Positions 1 through 9,508 are shown, numbered from the stretch's first letter. The stretch is 64,000 nt of DNA from Candidatus Adlerbacteria bacterium GW2011_GWA1_54_10 (GCA_001004665.1 LCRO01000002.1:27060-91059); one strand, 5' to 3'. A program made the numbers and translations. Notes: a model not told the origin generated them from the sequence alone.

Positions 1-880
1 GTGCGCAGCCATTGATAAGATTCCACTCCAGATAGATTTTTAAATCTTCTAGAGGCGTCGCCTCTATGATTTTGGAAACTGCAGCGAAAAATTTTGGCTG
101 GCCAACAATTATTTTTTTTGTTTTTCGCACACCTATTAGCGCGAAAAACTTTTGCCAATCTATTTCCGGAGAGATCCGCGCGAGTTCATGCGCGCTTTTT
201 TTGTGATAGACCTTTTCCGCATCGCGCAGATCCTCTTTGCACATTGAACCGCGCGCGAGCGCGGTCTCTATTCCCATTACTGTTTTTACAAAACGCTCCG
301 CACCTTTTTTTGAGGTGCCTGCAATTCGCATTAGCTTCTTTATGTGCAGAACGTAAGCGTCACGGACGCGCCTTTGCTCCAGTCCGTCAAGCAAGTAATA
401 GTCGCGATCGGGCATGCCAAGACCTCCCTGCCACAAATGCAAAATATACCTTGAGCTTTGCTTGGCGTCCTGGTCGACGAACGTGCCCCAAAAACCCGAG
501 ACGCCAATACGATGAAAATGGGCGAGCGTTTTTAGGAGTTCTTCTTTATTTTTCGCCGCGCGCACGTGCCCGAGCAGTGGGCGGAGCGGCTTTAGCCCCA
601 ATTTATTGTGGTGCTTCAAGTCTATAGCGGAACGATATATTTGGCCGACAAGAGGATCCCGCGTGCGCGCGGCAATCTTTTTGAGCCGTAGCTCGGTCTC
701 ATAGCGCAAAATATTGAAAGAGCCCCAGCGCGCCTCCTCGGGCGGAATAGCGGCGCTCTTTAACCATCCGACGTTCGCGTATGCGTAAAAGTCGTCCTGC
801 GGCCGCTTGTTTTTGTTTATAGAGCCAGTGTCAAAACCCCACCAGTTTTTTTCCTTTTTGTGTTTTGCCTTTTTGGCCAT
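1..880 (-). CDS. M13-family zinc metallopeptidase (PepO/neprilysin-like). Only the N-terminal part is in the window; the gene runs off the left edge
   Basis: Reverse-strand translation from ATG at 880: MAKKAKHKKEKNWWGFDTGSINKNKRPQDDFYAYANVGWLKSAAIPPEEARWGSFNILRYETE...QGGLGMPDRDYYL. DDFYxYxNxxWLK, RWGSF and GGLGxPDRDYY are hallmark M13 N-domain motifs. No stop codon before position 1. Confidence 0.6.
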   Translation of the reverse strand, partial: MAKKAKHKKEKNWWGFDTGSINKNKRPQDDFYAYANVGWLKSAAIPPEEARWGSFNILRYETELRLKKIAARTRDPLVGQIYRSAIDLKHHNKLGLKPLRPLLGHVRAAKNKEELLKTLAHFHRIGVSGFWGTFVDQDAKQSSRYILHLWQGGLGMPDRDYYLLDGLEQRRVRDAYVLHIKKLMRIAGTSKKGAERFVKTVMGIETALARGSMCKEDLRDAEKVYHKKSAHELARISPEIDWQKFFALIGVRKTKKIIVGQPKFFAAVSKIIEATPLEDLKIYLEWNLINGCA

Positions 881-901
881 AGCGTTGTACTTTACCAGAT
901 A

Positions 902-2662
902 ATGACCGTTAACGAAATCCGCTCTAAATATCTGGATTTTTTTAAGGCTAGGGGACACACAATAATTCCAGGGGCCTCGCTTGTTCCAGAAAACGATCCG
1001 ACTACGCTTTTTACAGGGAGTGGCATGCAGCCTCTCCTGCCGTACCTGCTCGGCAAAGAGCATCCTATGGGCGCACGCCTTACCGACTCGCAAAAATGCT
1101 TTCGCGCGATGGATATCGAGGAGGTGGGGGACAACCGGCATACAACATTTTTCGAAATGCTCGGCAATTGGTCACTCGACGACTACTTCAAGCGGGAACA
1201 GCTTCCGTGGCTATGGGAATTTTTGACGCAAGAGGTCGGTTTGTCCGAAGAGCGCCTGTGGATAACGTGTTTTGAGGGGGATGGGAGGCTCGGCTTGCCC
1301 AAAGACATAGAATCGGCAGAAATTTGGAAGAGTCTCGGTGTACCGGAGGAACGCATTCGGTTTTACGGTCCGGAAAAAAATTGGTGGTCGCGCTCCGGAA
1401 CGCCCGAGCAAATGCCCGCGGGCGAGCCGGGCGGTCCGGACTCGGAAATCTTCTACGAATTTACGCAAGCAAAGCATAATCCGAAGTTCGGTCCTGAATG
1501 CCACCCCAACTGCGACTGCGGGCGCTTTCTTGAGATAGGCAACTCGGTGTTCATGGAATACATAAAGAACTCCGACGGCTCCTTCGGAAAATTGCCAAAA
1601 AGGAACATTGATTTCGGCGGAGGACTAGAGCGCATTGCCGCGGCAAGCATTGACAGCCCTGATGTGTTTTTGACCGACGCATTTATGCCTGTCATTCAAA
1701 AAATCGAACAGCTCTCCGGCAAAACATATCACGCCGATCCTCGCCCATTCCGTATCGTCGCAGACCACACCCGCGCGGCGCGCGAGCTCTCAGCGGCTGG
1801 GGTGCTCCCCGGCAATGTCGAGCGTGGCTATGTGGTGCGGCGGCTGATACGCCGCGCGGTGCGCTATGGCGACACTCTCGGACTGCCGTCGGGAACCCTT
1901 GCGGAGATAGCGGATTCGCCGGAGATAGCGCAGGAAGAGGGACGTTTCCGCAAAACGCTTGAGCGCGGCATGAAGGAGCTTGGGCGTTTTGTAGATAAGG
2001 GGTCGCTTAGCGCTAAGGACGCTTTCCAACTTTTTACCACCTACGGCTTCCCGCTCGAATTGATCTTGGAAGAGACGGGCGAGCGGGGTATAAAGCAGGT
2101 AGACATCGATGGATTTAAAGAGCTATTAAAACATCATCAGGAGCTTTCCCGCGCCGGTAGCGAGCAAAAATTCAAAGGAGGACTTGCGGACGCGTCGGAA
2201 AATACTACACGCCTGCACACCGCTCACCACCTTTTACTCAAGGCGCTCCAAATGGTACTCGGCCCGCATGTCAAACAGCGCGGCTCGAACATCACGCAGG
2301 AGCGTCTGCGTATAGACTTCAGCCATGGCGAGAAGCTAACTCAAGAACAGATCGCCAAAGTGGAAAAAATCGTGAATGACAAAATAAAAGAGGACCTGCC
2401 GGTCGTCCGCACGGAGATGCGCCTCGAAGATGCCGAGGCACTCGAGGCGGAGCAAGAGTTCGGCGCGAAATATCCGGAGCGCGTTTCGGTTTATTCGGTT
2501 GGGCCGTTGGAGAACGCTTTTTCGATCGAATTCTGCGGCGGACCACACACATTGCGCACCGGCAAATTATCAGCCCCTGGGGTTGATGTGCCGTTTAAAA
2601 TCCAAAAAGAAGAAGCTGTTGCCGCCGGCATCCGGCGAATAAAAGCAGTTTTGATTAAATGA
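902..2662 (+). CDS. alaS: alanyl-tRNA synthetase, short form (catalytic + tRNA-recognition + editing domains, no C-Ala domain)
   Basis: N-term MTVNEIRSKYLDFFKARGHTIIPGASLVPENDPTTLFTGSGMQ; FFEMLGNWSLDDYF. Editing-domain motifs HTAHHLLLKAL ... FCGGPHTLRTGKL. Ends right after the editing domain (about 587 aa versus about 875 in E. coli). Confidence 0.85.
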   Translation: MTVNEIRSKYLDFFKARGHTIIPGASLVPENDPTTLFTGSGMQPLLPYLLGKEHPMGARLTDSQKCFRAMDIEEVGDNRHTTFFEMLGNWSLDDYFKREQLPWLWEFLTQEVGLSEERLWITCFEGDGRLGLPKDIESAEIWKSLGVPEERIRFYGPEKNWWSRSGTPEQMPAGEPGGPDSEIFYEFTQAKHNPKFGPECHPNCDCGRFLEIGNSVFMEYIKNSDGSFGKLPKRNIDFGGGLERIAAASIDSPDVFLTDAFMPVIQKIEQLSGKTYHADPRPFRIVADHTRAARELSAAGVLPGNVERGYVVRRLIRRAVRYGDTLGLPSGTLAEIADSPEIAQEEGRFRKTLERGMKELGRFVDKGSLSAKDAFQLFTTYGFPLELILEETGERGIKQVDIDGFKELLKHHQELSRAGSEQKFKGGLADASENTTRLHTAHHLLLKALQMVLGPHVKQRGSNITQERLRIDFSHGEKLTQEQIAKVEKIVNDKIKEDLPVVRTEMRLEDAEALEAEQEFGAKYPERVSVYSVGPLENAFSIEFCGGPHTLRTGKLSAPGVDVPFKIQKEEAVAAGIRRIKAVLIK

Positions 2663-2694
2663 GCAAGGCGTTTTTTCTTTGATATACTTTTTAT

Positions 2695-3633
2695 ATGTCG
2701 CTCTTCGGTAAAAAACCGGAGGAAAGAACCGTGCTCGTGCTCGACGTGGGGCAGGGGAGCGCGGGATCCGCGCTAGTCCGAATCTCGCAGACCGAGGCGC
2801 CGAAGCTGTTCGGCGAATTCCGTGCGCATCTGCCAGTCGGCGAATTCCGCGAAATCGGCGTGCTTGCGCGCCACGCAAAGCAAACTGCCACGCAGGCGCT
2901 CCTGCACGCTGCGGAGGTTGCCAGCCGCGTTCGCCAGCATCCTGCTGCAGGTGCGGCCGGAGTTATAGAAAGCGTCGCGGTTTTTTTGGCGCCGCCGTGG
3001 GGTGCGCCTGATCTTGCGCGCGAAGAGCCGGAATTCTCGAACGACATGGCCGAGGCCTTGCGCGACATGATGCGCGCGCATTTGGAAGTCCCGCATCGCT
3101 TGCACACCCGCGCGGGCGCGGCTCTCCACGGAGCACGTGTTATCTTTCCCGGCGACGCACTGCTCCTCATAATCTCGACGGAAGCGATGGAACTTCTACA
3201 TGCCAAGGACGGCGCGGCAGTGTCTTACGCTTTCATACCCGTGGGTACCCATGTGCTTCTGCGCACACTCCGCGCGCACGGCGGCCTCTCTTGGCAAGAA
3301 GCGCGCTCCGCGCTCCGCATAGGGCATCGGCATTTTAAAGAGCCGCTCGATGCCGCGTACGATCATTTGGCGCGGGAGCTGTCCGCGGCGATGCGCGGCC
3401 TGCGCAATCCTCCGCGCTCGGTGCTCGTCCTTGCGGAGGAGCCTTATGGCGAAAGACTTGCCCGTGAGCTCGCGGACAGGAGCGAGTTCTCCACTCTTTT
3501 TCCGCAAGGGAGTACTATCCGCCCGATGCTTGCGCGGCACGCCTCTCCCTATGTTGCCGCGCACGCGCAGAGTCTCGATCTGAACTTAATGCTTGAAGCG
3601 CTTTATTTGGATAGTATTATACAATTGTCATGA
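2695..3633 (+). CDS. hypothetical protein. N-terminus resembles the ASKHA/actin-like ATPase fold (PilM/FtsA/CoaX-like VLVLDVGQGSAGSALV)
   Basis: 312-aa ORF with overlapping stop/start with the next gene (ATGA at 3630). TATACT 6 nt upstream of ATG. No confident family assignment. Confidence 0.45.
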   Translation: MSLFGKKPEERTVLVLDVGQGSAGSALVRISQTEAPKLFGEFRAHLPVGEFREIGVLARHAKQTATQALLHAAEVASRVRQHPAAGAAGVIESVAVFLAPPWGAPDLAREEPEFSNDMAEALRDMMRAHLEVPHRLHTRAGAALHGARVIFPGDALLLIISTEAMELLHAKDGAAVSYAFIPVGTHVLLRTLRAHGGLSWQEARSALRIGHRHFKEPLDAAYDHLARELSAAMRGLRNPPRSVLVLAEEPYGERLARELADRSEFSTLFPQGSTIRPMLARHASPYVAAHAQSLDLNLMLEALYLDSIIQLS

Positions 3634-4895
3634 GAGATATTCTCCCATCCGGCTCGGACGAGCGCCGCTCGATCAGAAATATCCCGATTTCCTCGGCACC
3701 CCGCCGCGGGCGTCCCGTTGTGGAAGAGGATTATCGCGAAGCCGCGCCGAGGCGCCGTCCGCGGCGTTTCGGCCGCGCCTTCAAATGGACGCTGGCTGTA
3801 GTTCTTTTCGGCGGTCTTTCCCTGCTTCTCTCCGCCTTTTTTGCCGGAGCAACAGTTACGGTATATCCGCGCACAGCCACAGTGGAGGTTCCCGCGCGGC
3901 TTGAGGCGCGGCTTAATGCGCCCCTAAACGCGCTCGCATACGAGACCTTTACCGTCACGCGCTCTGCAACCACTGCCACGCCCGCAACCGGGACAAAAAC
4001 CGTCTCGCGGCAGGCCTCCGGCATAATTACGATTTTGAACTCATATTCATCCGCCAGCCAGCGCCTTATCGCCAACACGCGCTTCGAAGCTCCGGACGGA
4101 AAGATATACCGCATTCGCGATTCCGTCACGGTGCCGGGCCAGTTACAGGAAAAGCCGGGCACGGCGACAATTACCGCATATGCCGATTCCCCGGGAAGTT
4201 CTTACAATAAAAGCGGCTCGATAAATCTCGTTATCGCAAAATTTAAAGAGGACAAAGATCCACGCGCGACTGCTTTTAAAGTAACCGCAGCCGGAGGTTT
4301 TAGCGGCGGATTCCTCGGCGAGGAACCTGCGGTGGCGGCCGGCGACCTTGCAAAAGCGCGCGACACTTTGCAAAAACAGCTCGTGGAGGATATCCGCGCC
4401 GCAGCCTCGGTTGGCATTCCGGAGGGATATATTTCCATACCAAGCGCACTCCAGCTAAGCTACTCCGAGATCGCGCAGAGCAAGGGCAATGGCAATAACG
4501 CCAATCTCTCGCAAACCGCGACGGGCAAGGGGATTATGCTGCGCGAGGGTGACTTGGCCGCGATAATCGCGCGTCAGAAGGTCGAGGAATACGGAGGCGA
4601 GGCAATAGGATTCGAGGATATCTCGCAAATGGCCATATCGCTCGCCTCGACAAGCAAGTCTTCGGACGAAAAACTTGTCCTGCTTTTGACCGGCACGCCG
4701 ACGCTGGTGTGGCAATTCGACCCCGGGGCCCTCTCGCAGGCATTGCTCGGCAAGGAAAAAGGCGCGTTTCAAGAAGTCGTGAATTCCTTCGCACCTGCGA
4801 TACGCAAGGCGGATGCCTCGATACGCCCGTTTTGGGAAGGATCTTTCCCAAACGACATCGCCGAGATAAAAATAGTGGTGGCGAAAGAGGAATAA
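3630..4895 (+). CDS. hypothetical bitopic membrane protein (Arg-rich cytoplasmic N-terminus, one TM helix, large extracytoplasmic domain)
   Basis: MRDILPSG...RRRPRRFGRAFKWTLAVVLFGGLSLLLSAFFAGATVTVYP, then Thr/Ser-rich extracellular region. Translationally coupled to the upstream gene. Confidence 0.5.
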   Translation: MRDILPSGSDERRSIRNIPISSAPRRGRPVVEEDYREAAPRRRPRRFGRAFKWTLAVVLFGGLSLLLSAFFAGATVTVYPRTATVEVPARLEARLNAPLNALAYETFTVTRSATTATPATGTKTVSRQASGIITILNSYSSASQRLIANTRFEAPDGKIYRIRDSVTVPGQLQEKPGTATITAYADSPGSSYNKSGSINLVIAKFKEDKDPRATAFKVTAAGGFSGGFLGEEPAVAAGDLAKARDTLQKQLVEDIRAAASVGIPEGYISIPSALQLSYSEIAQSKGNGNNANLSQTATGKGIMLREGDLAAIIARQKVEEYGGEAIGFEDISQMAISLASTSKSSDEKLVLLLTGTPTLVWQFDPGALSQALLGKEKGAFQEVVNSFAPAIRKADASIRPFWEGSFPNDIAEIKIVVAKEE

Positions 4896-4896
4896 G

Positions 4897-4925
4897 TTGA
4901 CGGAATATTACAGGCGAGTTAATAT
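4897..4925 (+). promoter_or_regulatory. putative sigma70-type promoter for the infA-ribosomal protein cluster (TTGACG-17-TAATAT)
   Basis: TTGACG at 4897-4902, 17-nt spacer, TAATAT at 4920-4925, 14 nt before infA ATG. Confidence 0.4.
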
Positions 4926-4939
4926 AACCAGCGTCGTTA

Positions 4940-5149
4940 ATGGATAGTGAGGCAACAGAAGTAAAGGGCGTCGTATATGAGGCCCTGCCTAATACGTTGT
5001 TCCGCGTGACTCTGGAAAGCGGCGAACAGCAGCTTTGTTACCTTGCCGGCAAAATGAGATTGCACCGTATCAAGGTTCTGGTGGGCGACAAGGTTCTCGT
5101 CCGGCTCGATCCGTACGGGGGAAAGGGCAGAATAATACGCAGATTTTAA
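4940..5149 (+). CDS. infA: translation initiation factor IF-1
   Basis: 69 aa, [55 protein letters not shown], canonical S1-like IF-1. Confidence 0.95.
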   Translation: MDSEATEVKGVVYEALPNTLFRVTLESGEQQLCYLAGKMRLHRIKVLVGDKVLVRLDPYGGKGRIIRRF

Positions 5150-5196
5150 GGTTTGGCCTTGAGGAGCCCCGGGCCAAGGTCAAGTCTTGTAAGACA

Positions 5197-5310
5197 ATGA
5201 AAGTAAAAGCTTCAATAAAACCGCGCTGTGCGCTTTGCAAACTGATCCGGCGGAAAGGCCGGCTTACCGTGGTTTGTAGCAATCCGCGCCATAAACAAAG
5301 ACAAGGATAA
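5197..5310 (+). CDS. rpmJ: 50S ribosomal protein L36
   Basis: [37 protein letters not shown] (37 aa). Not in the ORF track because it is under 60 aa. Confidence 0.9.
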   Translation: MKVKASIKPRCALCKLIRRKGRLTVVCSNPRHKQRQG

Positions 5311-5318
5311 ATTATTTT

Positions 5319-5696
5319 ATGCGCATTGCAGGCATAACGATACCGAATAAAAGGCTTCCGTACGCTCTGGCGACGCTCTATGGAATAGGCATTCCCCTTG
5401 GGCGCACGGTGTGTCTGCGCGCGGGCGTCGATTTTAATAAAAAAGCCGGAGAGCTCTCCGCGGCGGAGGAGCAGGCTATCCGCAAAGAACTAGAAACGAT
5501 AAAAATGGAGGGTGACCTCAGGCGCGAGACAGCGGGCAACATAAAGAGGCTGAGGGACATTGGCGCGTATCGCGGCTCAAGGCACACCAAGCGTTTGCCT
5601 GTTCGCGGCCAACGCACCAAGACCAACTCGCGCACTGTGCGCGGCAACGTGCGCAAGACGATGGGTAGCGGCCGCCGCAAAGTTGAAAAAACCTAA
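5319..5696 (+). CDS. rpsM: 30S ribosomal protein S13
   Basis: MRIAGITIPNKRLPYALATLYGIGIPLGRTVC...GAYRGSRHTKRLPVRGQRTKTNSRT. Confidence 0.95.
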   Translation: MRIAGITIPNKRLPYALATLYGIGIPLGRTVCLRAGVDFNKKAGELSAAEEQAIRKELETIKMEGDLRRETAGNIKRLRDIGAYRGSRHTKRLPVRGQRTKTNSRTVRGNVRKTMGSGRRKVEKT

Positions 5697-5732
5697 AAAT
5701 AAGGGTATTCTTCACGCTTACGAACACTAGGT

Positions 5733-6164
5733 ATGGGAAAAAAGCGAATAGTCAAAAAAACGGGCGTGGAGGGAGCTGGAGGAACTGCCGCATCTTCCTC
5801 GCGCGTCTCAAAGCGCAAGCTCGAAAGCGGCACGCTTTACATCGAGGCGACTTATAACAACACCAAAGTCTCACTGGCCGATATCAAGGGGCAGATAGCC
5901 GCGTGGTCGTCGGCCGGAGCGCTCGGCTTTAGCGGGGCGAAGAAGGGCACGCCATTTGCCGCCGCCAAGGTTGGCGAGCTTATGGGCGATCGCGCAACAG
6001 CGATGGGTGTCAAGGAGGTTGCCGTAATAGTAAAGGGCGTCGGCGCGGGACGCGAGAGTTCCATACGGGCATTTGCAACGAAGGGTATAGGCATAAGCTC
6101 CATAGAAGACCGAACTCCGGTTCCGCACAACGGCCCGAGGCCTCCCAAACCCCGCAGGGTATAA
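5733..6164 (+). CDS. rpsK: 30S ribosomal protein S11
   Basis: TLYIEATYNNTKVSLADIKGQIAAWSSAGALGFSGAKKGTPFAAAKVGE...IEDRTPVPHNGPRPPKPRRV. Confidence 0.95.
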   Translation: MGKKRIVKKTGVEGAGGTAASSSRVSKRKLESGTLYIEATYNNTKVSLADIKGQIAAWSSAGALGFSGAKKGTPFAAAKVGELMGDRATAMGVKEVAVIVKGVGAGRESSIRAFATKGIGISSIEDRTPVPHNGPRPPKPRRV

Positions 6165-6186
6165 AAATCCAAAATTAGAATTTTTT

Positions 6187-6795
6187 ATGTTGATTGGACC
6201 CAAATATAAGATCTGTAAGAGACTCGGCGCGTCTGTTTTCGAAAAGTGCCAGACGCAGAAGTTCCAACTAGCCGAGGCGCGCGCGCCGCGGAAAACCCGA
6301 GGTAAGCGCGGCGGCAGCGATTACGGATTGCAGCTGCTCGAAAAACAGAAGGCGCGTTTTACCTACGGCCTTACCGAAACCCAGTTCAGCCGCTACGCAC
6401 GCGAGGCTATGAATGCTCAAGGGAAAGACAGCGTAGCAGGGCTTCTTTCGCGGCTTGAGAGCCGGCTCGACAACGTCGTGTATCGCGCGGGTTTCGTGAG
6501 CACGCGCCGCGCCGCACGGCAACTTGTTTCCCACGGGCATATCACCGTTAATGGCCGCCGCGTAAACATACCTTCCTATGCCGTTCGCGCAGGCGACACT
6601 GTCGCAATACGCGAAGGCAGTCGCGGTAGTGCGCTGTTTGCCGGCCGCGGCGAGGCGATGCTCGAACACCGCACACTGGCGTGGATGGTGCTCGAGGAAG
6701 GCGGTTTTGCAGTAAAGATCGCGCAGGAGCCGGCTGTGAGCGAAACAGAGACCGCATTCAACACCGCAACGATAATCCAATTTTATAGCCGCTAA
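6187..6795 (+). CDS. rpsD: 30S ribosomal protein S4
   Basis: MLIGPKYKICKRLGASVFEKCQTQKF...QLVSHGHITVNGRRVNIPSYAVRAGDTVAIREGSR. Confidence 0.95.
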   Translation: MLIGPKYKICKRLGASVFEKCQTQKFQLAEARAPRKTRGKRGGSDYGLQLLEKQKARFTYGLTETQFSRYAREAMNAQGKDSVAGLLSRLESRLDNVVYRAGFVSTRRAARQLVSHGHITVNGRRVNIPSYAVRAGDTVAIREGSRGSALFAGRGEAMLEHRTLAWMVLEEGGFAVKIAQEPAVSETETAFNTATIIQFYSR

Positions 6796-6818
6796 TATTT
6801 AAAAGTTATTAATTTTTT

Positions 6819-7775
6819 ATGATGGAGTACTCAATAACACTGCCCTCTAAGCCTCGCGCGGTGTCCGAAGCCGAGTTTGAAGGCACATACGAGATAGACG
6901 GACTATATCCAGGCTACGGGCACACGCTCGGCAACAGCCTGCGCCGCATAATACTCTCTTCGCTCCCGGGCGCGGCGATAACCTCGGTCAATATTGAGGG
7001 TGTTCAACACGAGTTTTCGACATTGGACGGGATGCGCGAGGATGTCATCTCCCTTCTTCTCAATCTAAAAAAACTGCGCTTCGAGATACTTACACAGGAG
7101 CCGCAAACTATCACTCTTTCGGCAAAGGGTCCGAAGAAAGTCTTGGGCGCGGACTTGTCCGTGCCTGGGCAATTGCGCCTGCTCAATCCGAGTTCGTATC
7201 TTTGCGAGCTGACCGGCAAGCAATCGCTCGACATGCGCTGCCGCGTGGAGCGCGGCCTTGGGTACGTGCCGCGAGAACAGCTTAAAAAGGAGCGAGTCGA
7301 GATAGGCGAAATATCGGTAGACGCGATATTCAGCCCCATAAGGCGCGTAAATTACGAGGTGGAAAATATGCGCGTCGGGGACAGGACGGACTTCAACCGC
7401 CTGCGCATTTCTATAGAAACCGACGGCACCCTAAGCCCGCGTAAAGCGCTCGAGCAGGCGATAGAGATAATGATAAACCAGCTCAAAGCTGTGGTGGGTT
7501 TTCGCGAGGAGACGCTCGAGACGCCCGAAAGGACCGAAGAAGGAGCCGTGGCGCAGACACCCGTGTCGGATTCCTCCGAGGCTCTAAAGACGCGAATCGA
7601 GGATTTGGAATTATCGAGCCGCACCATTTCCGCCCTGGAGAAGGCGAACATCCGCACGGTCGGCGGCCTAGCACGAAAAAAGGAGCAGGATCTTATGGAT
7701 ATAGAGGGGCTCGGGCCGAAGTCCATTCAGGAGATCAAGCGCGCGCTGGCGAATTTCGGCATCGTATTGAAGTAA
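6819..7775 (+). CDS. rpoA: DNA-directed RNA polymerase subunit alpha
   Basis: GYGHTLGNSLRRIILSSLPGAAITSVNIEGVQHEFSTLDGMREDV...; C-terminal domain ELSSRTISALEKANIRTVGGL. Confidence 0.95.
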   Translation: MMEYSITLPSKPRAVSEAEFEGTYEIDGLYPGYGHTLGNSLRRIILSSLPGAAITSVNIEGVQHEFSTLDGMREDVISLLLNLKKLRFEILTQEPQTITLSAKGPKKVLGADLSVPGQLRLLNPSSYLCELTGKQSLDMRCRVERGLGYVPREQLKKERVEIGEISVDAIFSPIRRVNYEVENMRVGDRTDFNRLRISIETDGTLSPRKALEQAIEIMINQLKAVVGFREETLETPERTEEGAVAQTPVSDSSEALKTRIEDLELSSRTISALEKANIRTVGGLARKKEQDLMDIEGLGPKSIQEIKRALANFGIVLK

Positions 7776-7798
7776 ACTTGGTCGTCCGATGAACCCTC

Positions 7799-8146
7799 AT
7801 GAGACATCACGATAAAAACAGAAAATTCGGAAGGGAGCGGGGAGTGCGGCGCGCGCTTTTGCGCTCGCTCGCCCGCAATCTTATTCTGCGCGGCCGCATT
7901 ACAACTACGCAAGCGCGCGCCAAGGAAATACGCGGTATGGTGGAAAAAATGGTGACGCGCGGTCGCAACGCGACACTCGCGGGTCGTCGCATTCTTGTCT
8001 CGGAGCTCGGCGACGCACGCGTCGTTGGCAAACTCATAAAAACCGCCGCGAAGTACGGAGCCCGACCTGGCGGCTACCTACGCATAGTCAAGATGGGGCC
8101 GCGCAAGGGCGACGCCGCATCGATGGCTCTGATCGAGTTTGTATAG
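7799..8146 (+). CDS. rplQ: 50S ribosomal protein L17
   Basis: MRHHDKNRKFGRERGVRRALLRSLARNLILRGRITTTQARAKEIRGMVEKMVTRGR. Confidence 0.95.
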   Translation: MRHHDKNRKFGRERGVRRALLRSLARNLILRGRITTTQARAKEIRGMVEKMVTRGRNATLAGRRILVSELGDARVVGKLIKTAAKYGARPGGYLRIVKMGPRKGDAASMALIEFV

Positions 8147-8161
8147 TGAGGAATTCGAACT

Positions 8162-8503
8162 ATGACTACTATAGACGCGGAAAATAAAACATTGGGAAGA
8201 GTCGCTTCCGCGGCGGCGAAGATCCTGTTGGGCAAGCACAAGCCGACGTTCGCCAAAAATGCGGTCATGGGCGAGGAAATCACGATAATAAACGCCTCCA
8301 AGGTCATCGTTTCCGGTAGCAAATCAAAGGACAAGAAATATATTCGCTACTCCGGCTACCCCGGCGGTAAAAAAGAGGAGTCGTACACAATGCTCGTCAG
8401 GCGCCGCGGGCACAAAGAGGCGATACGCCGCGCTGTAATGGGCATGCTGCCCAAAAATAAATTGCAGGTTAGGCGCATCAAACTTTTGAAAATTGACAAT
8501 TAA
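8162..8503 (+). CDS. rplM: 50S ribosomal protein L13
   Basis: ENKTLGRVASAAAKILLGKHKPTFAKNAVMGEEITIINASKV...KEAIRRAVMGMLPKNKL. Confidence 0.95.
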   Translation: MTTIDAENKTLGRVASAAAKILLGKHKPTFAKNAVMGEEITIINASKVIVSGSKSKDKKYIRYSGYPGGKKEESYTMLVRRRGHKEAIRRAVMGMLPKNKLQVRRIKLLKIDN

Positions 8504-8520
8504 AATCGAAAATTAGCGGC

Positions 8521-8931
8521 ATGGCGACAAAAACAAAAGAGGAAAGATATATAGAGGCGGTCGGCAGGCGCAAGACCTCCATCGCCCGTGCGCGCCTTGT
8601 GTCAGCATCGCGCACGGCCGTTGTAATAAACGGCAAAAACGCAAATGAGTACTTTACGACGGAGCCTCTGCGCGTCATGGCTCTAGAACCTTTTCTTAAA
8701 GTAACCTTGCCGGAGCAGTTTACTGTGACTGTCAAAGTTACGGGCGGAGGAATTGCCGGGCAGGCGGCGGCGGTGAGGCACGCCATATCGCGCGCTCTCA
8801 ACGCATACGACAAAAACCTGCGCGGAGCGCTCAAAAAAGAGGGGTTCCTCGCGCGCGATGCGCGCGCGAAGGAACGCCGTAAGCCTGGTTTAGTTAAAGC
8901 GAGAAAGCGCAAGCAGTGGAGCAAACGTTAA
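8521..8931 (+). CDS. rpsI: 30S ribosomal protein S9
   Basis: YIEAVGRRKTSIARARLV...VKVTGGGIAGQAAAVRHAISRALNAYDKNLRGALKKEGFLARDARAKERRKPGLVKARKRKQWSKR. Confidence 0.95.
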   Translation: MATKTKEERYIEAVGRRKTSIARARLVSASRTAVVINGKNANEYFTTEPLRVMALEPFLKVTLPEQFTVTVKVTGGGIAGQAAAVRHAISRALNAYDKNLRGALKKEGFLARDARAKERRKPGLVKARKRKQWSKR

Positions 8932-8944
8932 CTAGTCAGCATTT

Positions 8945-8991
8945 GCCACTTAGTGGGATTTATTTTGACAGAAAGGGTTTTTTGTATAAAA
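8945..8991 (+). promoter_or_regulatory. putative grpE-dnaK promoter (TTGACA ... TATAAA/TAAAAT) preceded by the palindrome CCACTTAGTGG (possible operator)
   Basis: CCACT-TAGTGG at 8945-8955. TTGACA at 8964-8969. TATAAA at 8984-8989 (14-nt spacer) or TAAAAT at 8986-8991 (16-nt). grpE ATG at 9002 with no SD sequence. Confidence 0.35.
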
Positions 8992-9001
8992 TAAGCGGAC
9001 G

Positions 9002-9508
9002 ATGAGCAATTCAGACGAGGAATTTGTGCCGGAAGAAGAAGCGGAAGAAGGGCCGGCGGCCGTAAAGAAACTGCGCGAGAAACTCAAAAAAACAGTCGGG
9101 GAAAAACAGGAATATCTGGAGGGCTGGCAGAGGGCTCGCGCGGACTTTGCCAACTTTAAGCGCGAGGAGGCCGTCCGCGTGGCCAGCTCGAAAGCTCGCG
9201 TTACGGCGGCTACAATAGAAGGACTCCTACCGGCGCTTGACGCACTGGAGCTGGCTTCAAGGCACGGCGATGCCACAGCCGCAATACTTGAGCGGCAATT
9301 TTTGGACAGTCTCAAAAAAATCGGCGTCGAGCGCTTGGGCTCCGCCGGCGAAGAGTTCGATCCCGCGCGGCACGAGGCGCTGGGCCGGAGCGAAACTTCC
9401 GACAAGGAAAAAGACCACACCGTTGTGTCGGTAGAACTCAGCGGCTATAGTATAGGCGAAATAATTATCAGGCCCGCTCATGTAATTATTGCAACACACC
9501 ATGGCTAA
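9002..9508 (+). CDS. grpE: nucleotide exchange factor GrpE
   Basis: 168 aa; acidic N-terminus, coiled coil, C-terminal [14 protein letters not shown] beta-domain. Located immediately upstream of dnaK. Confidence 0.85.
   Translation: MSNSDEEFVPEEEAEEGPAAVKKLREKLKKTVGEKQEYLEGWQRARADFANFKREEAVRVASSKARVTAATIEGLLPALDALELASRHGDATAAILERQFLDSLKKIGVERLGSAGEEFDPARHEALGRSETSDKEKDHTVVSVELSGYSIGEIIIRPAHVIIATHHG

Noticed and set aside
94-627. 177-aa Arg-rich plus-strand ORF at the window start
   Set aside because: Lies antisense to a clearly homologous M13 peptidase N-terminal domain encoded on the minus strand (DDFYAYANVGWLK...). Composition is typical of a spurious ORF in GC-rich antisense sequence.
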